DNA from: Candidatus Vampirococcus lugosii
GTDB taxonomy: Bacteria > Patescibacteriota > Gracilibacteria > Absconditabacterales > Absconditicoccaceae
Length of the DNA: 17,747 nt
Assembly: GCF_018420025.1 (NCBI RefSeq)
Contig: NZ_JAEDAM010000016.1
Coordinates: 1 to 17,747, forward strand
Direction of reading: 5' to 3'
Made by a program: the position numbers and the translations under genes. This document shows, one piece after another, positions 1 to 14,959 of the stretch. The notes under the pieces are model-generated. The model made no database searches. It was not told the origin of the DNA and worked only from the letters and a program-made list of their open reading frames with translations. Positions within the stretch are counted from its first letter, which is position 1; each line of letters starts with the position of its first letter.

Positions 1-530
1 TTTCAAAATGTATTCATTTATCTACACTTTTGCATGATGCAGGAAAATTATGAACTGATTTATTAGCTCTTTCATCTAGAATTAAACTTAATGATGAAGA
101 GTTTAGAGAAATTAAATCTCATCCTTGAAAATGAGAAGAACTTATAAAACATTTTACTTGATTAGAGAGTATACCAAAATTTATTTACGATGGAACTTTA
201 CATCATGAAAGACCAGATTGAAGATGATATCCTTTTTGATATTCTTTGGAACAAATTCCTTTAATATCAAGAATAGTTGCAGTGGCTGATATTATAGATG
301 CAATGTTATGAAAAAGACATTATGTATTTGAAGAAAAATCTGTTAAATATGTATATGATGAATTAATTAAAGCTAGTTGAAAACAATTAGATGCTGAAAT
401 TGTAGATATAATTACTAAAGATAAAGAATTTTTTAAAAAACTTTATAGAATTTATAAAAAAATTAAAGATATTGATACTTTGGAAATTGAATCAAATTCA
501 GAATTAATTGTAATTGATAGTTTAAATTAA
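1..530 (+). CDS. HD-GYP domain phosphodiesterase (c-di-GMP type), 3' part; the 5' end lies outside the window
   Basis: The frame with its first full codon at 3 is open to TAA 528-530 if TGA is sense. The translation contains LLHDAGK, SHPGKGEE, HHERPDGRGYPFGY (codons from 201) and RIVAVADIIDAM. TGAs at 219-221, 225-227 and 237-239 fall exactly on the Gly residues of the HHExxDGxGYPxG signature. There are 9 in-frame TGAs in 175 codons. Confidence 0.85.
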
Positions 531-1390
531 TCTCATAAGTTTTTTATCTCAATTTCTCAATCATTATCAATCATTTCAAAATAATATGTTTTTCAGTTTT
601 TGTGTTCTATTATTATTATTTGAGAATTTTCACTAACTTGCAAATATTCAATATTATCTATTTCTCATATTTCATACAATATTTCAGATACAAACTTAAA
701 ATTATTTACTATCATTTTTGAATAATTTTCCATTTTGCCTTCTTTGTCATAATGGAATTTTTCGTTAATTATTTTAAATTTATTTATATCAGTTTTTGTA
801 TAATTTTGATATATTGATATAATAAAAATTGCAATTCATGATATTGTTGTAGCTATTCATATAACTAATTTTTTTGTCTCAAAAAAATATTCACTTACTT
901 TTTTGATTCTACTTATAAATTTTTTGTTATTACGAATTTCAGTTCTTATTTCTTCAAGTTTTTCTATTCACTGTTTAGTTATTTTTAGATATATAAAATA
1001 TCTATATAAAATATCAGTATTTATTTCCAATTTTCAATTTTTATTTTTTATTATTTTTGAAAAACTTATATTATTTTTTTTCAACATTTGTCTTATCCTC
1101 TTTTTACTAAGATTTTTCAAATTTTTAAATTTAAGGTTTCATATTCATACATTATAAAAAATTCTTTTTCTTAAATATGAATAATTTGTTCATATTTTTT
1201 GTAATTCTTTAGGATCAATTATTTCATATATATTTATATATCAAAAATTTTGTTCAAAAAATTTATTTTGAAGTAAAGATAAAACATATAGATCTATTTG
1301 CTTATCTAAATTTTTTTTATTTTTCTTTATATTTTCTTTTATAGCTTCGTTTATGTTTTCTTTTGTTTCTTTTGTTTTATCTTTTGTCAT
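527..1390 (-). CDS. Hypothetical membrane-anchored protein, 287 aa, no recognisable family
   Basis: ATG at 1390-1388 and TAA at 529-527. I walked all 287 triplets and found no TAA or TAG, which is improbable by chance in DNA this AT-rich; 12 TGAs are in frame. The N-terminal half is K/E/N-rich. There is one hydrophobic helix (LVIGIATTISGIAIFIISIY) followed by a C-terminal domain of about 90 aa. No upstream in-frame ATG occurs before the stop at 1514-1516. Confidence 0.6.
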
Positions 1391-1557
1391 TTTTTTGTTT
1401 TTTTTAAGATCTATATACTCATAAGTAGAATTAATATAATATATATTAAATATTCAATGTCAATTTTTTTTATAATATAAATTATTTTTTGAATAAATAT
1501 ATATTATAATAATTTATATTTATATATCTAGTTTAATTAACATTAAAATTAAATAAA

Positions 1558-1612
1558 TTTCATTATATATAAAAAATTTCATTATATATAAAAAATTTTA
1601 TTATATATAATA
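1558..1612. repeat. 19-bp tandem repeat, about 2.8 copies (tttcattatatataaaaaa)
   Basis: Copies at 1558-1576 and 1577-1595 are identical. A degenerate third copy starts at 1596. The repeat lies in the 287-bp AT-only spacer between the uvrB stop (1678) and the start of the 527..1390 gene. Confidence 0.8.
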
Positions 1613-1677
1613 TAACTTAAATTTAACATAAACAATATTACGATTTTTATATAAAAATATTACAATTTAAAAAATTA

Positions 1678-3133
1678 TTATTCTAATAATATATCTTTTA
1701 TTGTTGTATCATCACTATATCAATTTAAATATTTTTTGATAAAAGGTTTTTTGTTCAAAAGTTTATCAACACTAGAAATAAGTTTTTCATAATCTCAATC
1801 TTTGGGATAAACATAAGTTATAGGATCTAATAATCAAGTTGGTCTTATTATTTGTTCAGGAACATCTCAAGATTTACTTATTTCATATTCTCAAGGTGTA
1901 GCAGATACAAATAAAGTTTTGGCATCTTTTTTTATTTTATTTAATCATAAATTTTGTATTATATCTTCATTGTATTCCCAGGATAAACTTGTTTTTAATT
2001 CATCAAAATTTAAAGGTCTATGATCTATAGCACTTGGTAATCTAAATCAATAATCAATTAAATTTAATTTTCTAGATCTATCAGCTTTTGGCATAGCTTG
2101 TAATTGTGGTAAACTCATATGAGATTCATCTATAATATACAAAAAATCATCTGGAAAATAATCAAAAATAGTATTTGGAGCTTGTCAAGCTTTTCTATCA
2201 TCAAAATATGGAGAATAATTTTCTATTCAGGTAGTAAATCAAGTCTCTTTTATCATTCTAATATCGTATAAAACTCTTTTTTGTATTCTATTCGCTTCCA
2301 AATCTTTTCATTCTTTTTTGAAATATTCAACCCTTTCTTTCATTTCATTTTCTATAGCAATTAATATATTATCCAAATTTCACATATTTTGTAAAAATTG
2401 AGTTGCTGGCCAAATATTCAAATGATTTAATTTTCATTTATCAGAAAAAGTCATAGAATCTTTTATTGAAATAAATTCTAATTTATTTTCATCAAAAAAT
2501 AATCTATAAAGTATATTTTCCATACTAGAATATATATCTACTATATCTCATTTAAACTCAAACATTCAAGCTTCTATTTTTCATAATACTGGTTTATATT
2601 GTATTTTTAATAAATTTCTTTTTATTTCATCAAAATCATATTCATTTCAAACTTCAAAATAAATTCTATTATTTTCAAAAGTATCTTTTGATCATAGACC
2701 ATACAAAGATGAAACTGATGCAACAACTATAACATCTTTCCTACTCAACAAACTAGCCATAGTAGAAAGTCTAAACATTTCTATTTCTTTATTAATAGTA
2801 CTTTCTTTTTCTATATATATATCACGATTTGGAATATAACTTTCAGGTTGATAATAATCAAAATATGAAACAAAATAATGAACAGCATTTTTTGGAAAAA
2901 AATATTTAAATTCAGTTGCCAATTGTGCTGCCAAAGTTTTGTTGTGCGACATTATCAATGTTGGTATTTGTAAATTTTGTATAATATTTGCCATAGTAAA
3001 AGTCTTACCAGTTCATGTCGCTCATAATAATGTTGATATATTTTTTTCAAGATTTAAATCAATCTAATATTTGTTTGATAGCTATTGGTTGATCTCAAGT
3101 TGGAGAATAACTTGAATTTAATTCAAATAACAT
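1678..3133 (-). CDS. uvrB: Excinuclease ABC subunit B (UvrB), interrupted by a frameshift near 3058 and ending after helicase domain 1; possibly a pseudogene
   Basis: From ATG 3133 the frame reads [25 protein letters not shown]. After a +1 shift it continues [27 protein letters not shown]... (Walker A with TGA=Gly at 3013-3015 and 3022-3024). Further motifs are [59 protein letters not shown] and RPTGLLDP, then TAA at 1680-1678. Without the shift, the longest ATG-initiated ORF is 1678..2994. Confidence 0.9.
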
Positions 3134-3314
3134 AATTTTATTTTTTTACTATATTTAAATATAAGTAATATATTTTTTATTTTTAAAAATTAAAATTATT
3201 TTATAATAAATTAATTTAAAATATAATTTTACAAAAGTTATAAAAATAATTAAAGTAATAATATAATGAAATATAAAATTAATATTTATTAATATTTATT
3301 AAAAACAAAAAATA

Positions 3315-4550
3315 TTAATAAATCTCATTTTTCCATATATCTTTAAGATTTTGTCTTTTTCTCACTTCTTTTATATCTCATTTCTTATCAATCAATAATT
3401 CTCAAACTTCTGGATAAGAATTATAATTTTTCATACTCATAGCAGTATTATAAGCTCAAACTCAATCAATAACTATAATATCTCATATATTAACTTTTGG
3501 TAATAATATTTCTTCAATAATTTCTTGATCATATAATTTGGTAGTAAGAATATCTCATGACTCACAACAATGCCCTACTACAACATATTTTTCTTTTTCT
3601 TGAGAATTGTTTATAATATATATAGCTTGTTGTACTCAATACATAGAAACTCTTGGCATTTCAGTCATTCAAGTATTAGTTCTCAAAAATTTATATCATT
3701 TTTTTCAAGTATCTACTATATCAACTATTTTTGCAATAATACTTCAAGCATTTATTATTATATATTTTCATGGTTCTAATTCCAAATGAATTTTTCTTTG
3801 AGTTTGTTTATGAAATTCTTCAAATTTTTCTTTGACTGCATTTCAAATTGATATTAAATCTGCTGTTTTTTCATAATCCATAATAGCCATTTTGAAACCT
3901 CATCACATATTCAAAATTTCAACATCTGGAAAATCTTTAACAAAATTTAATCAAATATTTGCTGTATTTACCCAAGATTCAGAAGTATTTTCTGATCAAA
4001 TATGAAGATGAATTTTAGTTATTTTTAAATCATATTCTTGAACAATTTTTTTTACTTCTCAAATATATTCATGCCAAATACCAAAACTTGATGAAAGTCA
4101 TCAAGTAGATATAGCTGTAAAAGCTCATGATCAAACTCAAGGATTTATTCTTATTCAACAAGTTCCTCCCCTTTTTAATTTTCAAAATTCTTGAAGCTGA
4201 TACAAACTAGTAGCAACAAAAAAAACTCAAGTATTAATAAGTTTATCAAAATTTTCACTTAATTCTTGTCAAGAAATTTGAATATCATTTCATAGAAATC
4301 AAGCAGATAAAGCTCTATATACTTCATATTCTGAACTTGCATCAATTTTTATATTTTGATCTTTCAAAATTTTTAAAACATTCATATTTGAATTTGCTTT
4401 CATTGCATATCTAACAGTAAGTCAAAATGCATTAGGAAAATTGAGAAATTTTTGTGATGATTCCAATATTTTATTTTCACTGTATACATACACAGGAGTT
4501 TTATAATTATTTGTAATATACTCTATTTGAGAAATGTTTAAAAAATTCAT
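3315..4550 (-). CDS. lysA: Diaminopimelate decarboxylase-family PLP-dependent decarboxylase, 411 aa
   Basis: ATG at 4550 and TAA at 3317-3315. All triplets were checked and no TAA or TAG is present. Motifs: TPVYVYSE, RYAMKANSN (PLP lysine), NMGGGF, ELEPGKY, VVGHCCESGD and DGVGAYNTAMSMKNYNSYP. Many of the conserved Gly residues are TGA codons. Confidence 0.85.
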
Positions 4551-4634
4551 TTTTATAGTTTAATAAATTATAAGTTATAAACTATAACTATAGTAATTTA
4601 AAATCATTTTTCAACAAGAAATTAAACTAATTTT

Positions 4635-4658
4635 GATGCTCGTAATTTCGAGCTTTAA
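4635..4658. repeat. Hairpin-containing 24-bp repeat, copy A (gatGCTCGtaatttCGAGCtttaa)
   Basis: A 5-bp stem (4638-4642 with 4649-4653) and a 6-nt loop. It matches copy B at 21 of 24 positions. Two of the three differences are a compensatory pair in the stem. Confidence 0.6.
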
Positions 4659-4708
4659 ATTTTAAAAAAAGTAAAAAATATATTTATTCATACTAATCAA
4701 AATATTTC

Positions 4709-4732
4709 GATGCTCATATTTTTGAGCTTTAA
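4709..4732. repeat. Hairpin-containing 24-bp repeat, copy B (gatGCTCAtatttttGAGCtttaa)
   Basis: Stem 4712-4716 with 4723-4727. The closing pair is A-T where copy A has G-C. The flanks gat... and ...tttaa are identical in both copies. Confidence 0.6.
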
Positions 4733-4847
4733 TTATACTTATCACAAGTATAAGTAAAAATTTAAAAAATTCAAGTATTTTTTCAATAAATTGTGTCGGA
4801 TTAGATTCAAGAAAAATATTTTTAATTATTTAAAATAAAATTATAAA

Positions 4848-4866
4848 ATTTATGTAGTACATAAAT
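4848..4866. promoter_or_regulatory. Perfect 19-bp palindrome (atttatgta g tacataaat), candidate operator
   Basis: Two 9-bp arms around a central G, read directly from the sequence. It lies about 300 bp upstream of the lysA start, in the 480-bp spacer. Confidence 0.25.
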
Positions 4867-4961
4867 CTATTTTTATTTTCTCGCAAATCCTTATCTAAAT
4901 CAAGAATTTAGAAATTTTACTCTACAAAAATGAGTCTAAACAATATTTTATATTTCAATTT

Positions 4962-5000
4962 ATTGAAAAAACAAAAAACATCTCTGAATTAAACAGAGAT
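4962..5000 (-). terminator. Rho-independent terminator downstream of the RRM protein gene
   Basis: A 7-bp stem (atctctg 4980-4986 with cagagat 4994-5000) and a 7-nt loop. On the minus strand it is followed by GTTTTTTGTTTTTT. It starts 31 nt after the stop codon at 5031. Confidence 0.6.
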
Positions 5001-5030
5001 ATTTTTTATATTACTGAGAAAAAATAAAAT

Positions 5031-5306
5031 TTATTGATTATTATTTTCTTCTCTAGGTCTTGCATAATCTATTTTTATACTTCTATCATTAATTTCTGCT
5101 TCATGCATTTCTTCTTTAGCTTTGGAAGCATCTTCTGCATTAGCAAATTCTACAAAACCATAACCTTTACTTTTTTTAGTTTCTCTATCTAAGATAACTC
5201 TAGCAAAAGTAACTTCTCAATATTGAGAAAATATTTCTATTAGATCTTTACCTCTTAAAGCCCAAGGTAAATTCCCAACAAAAAGTGTATTTGATTGTTC
5301 ACTCAT
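5031..5306 (-). CDS. RRM-type (RNP-1/RNP-2) RNA-binding protein, 91 aa
   Basis: ATG at 5306 and TAA at 5033-5031. The translation is MSEQSNTLFVGNLPWALRGKDLIEIFSQYGEVTFARVILDRETKKSKGYGFVEFANAEDASKAKEEMHEAEINDRSIKIDYARPREENNNQ. It carries RNP-2 (LFVGNL) and RNP-1 (KGYGFVEF). The single TGA gives the Gly in FSQYGEV. Confidence 0.9.
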
Positions 5307-5664
5307 AATAATAATTTGTATAATAAATATAAAGGCATATAAGCCTTCGAGACCAATTGACTAACTACTAAAACAACAACTTAAAGTATAATCATATTGC
5401 TACTCAAAAGACTTATCTAACATAATAATAATTTAAAAAACAATTTCAAGAGAAAATTAAATAATTATGCTATTATACCAAAAATAACTTAATTTATTAG
5501 TAGAAATATATAAATAAATATATATATAAATAAATAAATAAAATAAAAATGATAGAAAAATTAGAAAAAATTACAATCTTACATAAGTAGTGTTGAAACT
5601 TAAATAGATTTTAAAAAAAAATAAACTATCACACTAAAATTAGTAAGTATTTTTAGTATATAAT

Positions 5665-5697
5665 AAAAACTCAAAAAAATTAAATTTTTGAGTTTTT
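5665..5697 (-). terminator. Bidirectional-looking terminator hairpin after rpoC
   Basis: A 13-bp stem (aaaaactcaaaaa 5665-5677 with tttttgagttttt 5685-5697) and a 7-nt loop. The U-rich tail is continuous with the stem on both strands. It begins 13 nt downstream of the rpoC stop at 5710-5712. Confidence 0.65.
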
Positions 5698-5709
5698 TAT
5701 CATAAATAA

Positions 5710-9492
<3,783 letters not shown>

Positions 9493-9546
9493 AACAAAGA
9501 AAATGTTAATTTATAAATCACAAATATTTAATGTAAACAATAATAA

Positions 9547-13086
<3,540 letters not shown>

Positions 13087-13093
13087 TATTTAT

Positions 13094-13108
13094 ATTTTAT
13101 ATTATAAA
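13094..13108 (-). promoter_or_regulatory. TATAAT-containing 15-mer (TTTATAATATAAAAT on the minus strand), 7 nt upstream of the rpoB ATG
   Basis: An exact 15-nt copy of the element at 13366-13380, at an equivalent offset from a start codon. It contains a consensus -10 hexamer (13106-13101). Confidence 0.35.
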
Positions 13109-13115
13109 CAACTTA

Positions 13116-13135
13116 AAAATAACCCTAATAGGGCT
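13116..13135 (-). terminator. Small GC-cored hairpin plus U-run in the rpmH-rpoB spacer; candidate attenuator or weak terminator
   Basis: The minus strand reads AGCCCUAUUAGGGUU. The stem has CCCU/AGGG plus a G-U and an A-U pair, with a 3-nt loop, and is followed by AUUUUUAAG. It is the only G+C-rich patch in this 115-bp spacer. Confidence 0.3.
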
Positions 13136-13201
13136 ATAAATTACACACAAATAACAAAAAAGTCAAAAAAAATCATATTAGATTTATTTAAAAGTCAAAA
13201 A

Positions 13202-13357
13202 TTATTTTTTTGAAACAACTAAAGAGTGTCTACCTTTAGCTCTTCTTCTTTTAAGAATATTTCTACCTGATTTAGTAGACATTCTTGCAAAAAATCAATG
13301 AACTTTAATTCTTTTTGACCACTTATATTTTCTAATCCTATTTAATTTTGATGGCAT
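13202..13357 (-). CDS. rpmH: 50S ribosomal protein L34 (51 aa)
   Basis: ATG at 13357 and TAA at 13204-13202. The translation is [51 protein letters not shown]. The one TGA supplies the Gly of the conserved HGF(R)ARM motif. Confidence 0.9.
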
Positions 13358-13365
13358 CAATATAA

Positions 13366-13380
13366 ATTTTATATTATAAA
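13366..13380 (-). promoter_or_regulatory. TATAAT-containing 15-mer (TTTATAATATAAAAT on the minus strand), 8 nt upstream of the rpmH ATG
   Basis: An exact copy of the element at 13094-13108. Confidence 0.35.
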
Positions 13381-13408
13381 TATAGGATATATTCTTAAAA
13401 CTAAAAAA

Positions 13409-13609
13409 CTATTTTATATATTCTATTATTCACAGTTCCCTAGCTCTAATAATAGCTTTCCTAACTTTTTTTTGTTGAGAAACTGAATTACCAGTAAATC
13501 TCCTAGGTTTTATATCACCAAATCTAGTCATATATTTCTTAAGAAGAATTACAGATTTCCAGTTTATCAAATATTCATTATTTTTATCAAAATAACTTTT
13601 TTTTGACAT
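13409..13609 (-). CDS. rpsR: 30S ribosomal protein S18 (66 aa)
   Basis: ATG at 13609 and TAG at 13411-13409. The translation is MSKKSYFDKNNEYLINWKSVILLKKYMTRFGDIKPRRFTGNSVSQQKKVRKAIIRARELGIIEYIK. This fits the S18 pattern (G.I.PRR.TG....Q......AI.RAR). Confidence 0.9.
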
Positions 13610-13678
13610 AAGACAATTATATTTAATAAATAAATTTTTTCAATAATTCAAGACAAATAATAAAAGTTTATATATAAA

Positions 13679-14074
13679 CTACTTATTTAATTGAGCAGAA
13701 TCTAAATCTTTAAATGCTTTTTCAGTTTCTTCTTTCTTTTTTTCTTCTGCATCTTCAAAAGTTTTATTTATATCATAATACTTCAAAAACTTCTCACTTG
13801 AAGACATTGAATATATAAAATATCTAATAACTGACTCCATTAATTTAAGTTTATAATTAATAGTAGACAACAAATCATTATCTCAAGAGAAAAAAAGAGA
13901 AAGAAAATAAGCTCTATCATTTCAAGACACTTCATATGCCAAATCTAAAATACCAATATCATCTCTATCTAATATATTATCTCAAATTATTCATTCTATA
14001 TTTGATATAACAGTTTTTATATCATCTTTATTCATTTTTGGATCAACAAGAACAACAAGTTCATATTTATTCAT
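13679..14074 (-). CDS. rpsF: 30S ribosomal protein S6 (131 aa) with an acidic/lysine-rich tail
   Basis: ATG at 14074 and TAG at 13681-13679. This extends the track ORF 13679..13873 upstream through 4 TGAs. The N-terminus reads MNKYELVVLVDPKMNKDDIKTVISNIEGIIGDNILDRDDIGILDLAYEV..., which is S6-like (YE.V....P). Its position just upstream of rpsR supports the call. Confidence 0.85.
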
Positions 14075-14104
14075 ATTCAAATTTTTAACTTGTAAAAACA
14101 AATA

Positions 14105-14127
14105 ATACTATATACTATATACTATAC
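14105..14127. repeat. 7-bp tandem repeat (tatacta, 3 copies) overlapping the tsf stop codon
   Basis: The sequence atactatatactatatactatacc was read directly. On the minus strand it gives three TATAGT boxes 35-50 nt upstream of the rpsF ATG. Confidence 0.6.
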
Positions 14128-14915
14128 CTTCTAAATTTCAAAAAATCAAATCAATCTGGCAATATATCTTTCATTTTTTTAGATTCATCTCTAATATAAG
14201 ATTGTTCCATCAAAACTATATCACCAAAATGTTTAGAAACTTTTCCTTCCAATATTTTTTCCAAAACTTCTTTTGGTTTTCAAGAACTTTCAATTTCTTC
14301 TCTAAATCAATTTTTAATAGCTTCAATATAATCACTAGGAACATCTTGTATAGACTTATATTCAGGATCCATAGCAGTTATTTGCAAAGCAATTTCTTTT
14401 GCACTATCATCAAAATCTCAACCATCATAATAAACAACAGTAATAATTTTATCACCTGGATGAGAATAAATATAAGATTTTCAAGAATCAACAAAGACAT
14501 CCAACAACTTTATATTTTCTCATATAGTTCATATAGCACTATTAATTATAGGAGTCAAATTATTATCAATAAAATCAGAATCTACATCATTTAAACTATC
14601 AATAGAATCTAAATTTTCTCAAAAAATATTTAAAATTTCTTCTACTAAAGCATGAAAATCTGGACTTTTTGCAACAAAATCTGTTTCACATCAAAGTTTA
14701 ACTCAAACATTTTTTCAATTAATTTTCAAAACCTTAACAACACCATCATTAGTATCTCTATCAAATTTTTTAGCGGCTTTAGATGCACCTTTTTCTTTTA
14801 AATATTCAACAGAAGCATCAAAATCTCATCAAGTTTTTTCTATAGCTTCTTTACAATCTTTAAAAGCTGCTTTTGTAGTTTCTCTAAGTTTTTTCAAAAG
14901 TTTTATATCTGCCAT
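14115..14915 (-). CDS. tsf: Translation elongation factor Ts (266 aa)
   Basis: ATG at 14915 and TAG at 14117-14115. Triplets from the stop codon up to about 14762 were walked one by one with no TAA/TAG; the remaining ~50 N-terminal codons were read sequentially during translation. The N-terminus reads MADIKLLKKLRETTKAAFKDCKEAIEKTGGDFDASVEYLKEKGASKAAKK. Later motifs include GCETDFVAKSPDF, IGTIGENIKL and the ITAMDP region. Confidence 0.92.
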
Positions 14916-14959
14916 AATCTAAGAATTAATGTAATACAAATAAATATTTCACAAAACAA

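Noticed and set aside
903-1157. Plus-strand track ORFs at 903..1157, 3570..3779, 3607..3789, 6340..6552, 7333..7563, 9187..9456, 11320..11550 and 14202..14594
   Set aside because: All lie antisense to well-supported minus-strand genes. Their F/I/L/S-rich, low-complexity translations are typical of the reverse strand of K/N/E-rich coding sequence.
1558-1612. Possible CRISPR array
   Set aside because: The repeats are directly adjacent 19-mers with no spacers, there are only about 3 units, and no cas genes are present.
527-3133. Truncated UvrB plus orphan membrane protein plus HD-GYP as a novel defence or signalling module
   Set aside because: The UvrB part is a plain orthologue of repair UvrB that looks degraded. 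The genes are separated by a long spacer or are convergent. Nothing in the sequence links them functionally.
3284-3323. 13-bp inverted repeat (atttattaatatt / aatattaataaat) as the lysA terminator
   Set aside because: The stem is entirely A/T and one arm overlaps the lysA stop codon and last codons. In DNA this AT-rich, such symmetry is expected by chance.
4551-5030. Hidden tRNA, riboswitch or small ORF in the longest spacer
   Set aside because: I found no T-loop (GTTCRANNC) or cloverleaf-compatible segment. All ORFs are 20 codons or fewer, even with TGA as sense. A lysine riboswitch cannot be recognised or excluded by eye, so only the hairpin repeats are reported.
5357-5392. Plus-strand TTGACT ... 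TATAAT pair suggesting a small RNA between the RRM gene and rpoC
   Set aside because: The spacer is 24 nt, far from the canonical 16-18 nt. The downstream 270 nt are A-rich and low-complexity, with no evident structure or ORF.
5511-5550. (AAAT)n / (TA)n microsatellite-like stretch
   Set aside because: This is ordinary low-complexity sequence for such an AT-rich spacer, and no function can be argued from the sequence.
13161-13198. Two TTGACT (-35-like) boxes within a duplicated aaaagtcaaaaa motif as the rpoB promoter
   Set aside because: The best partner at 17-nt spacing is only TAATTT (3 of 6 matches). The second box has no acceptable -10 at all. Support is insufficient.
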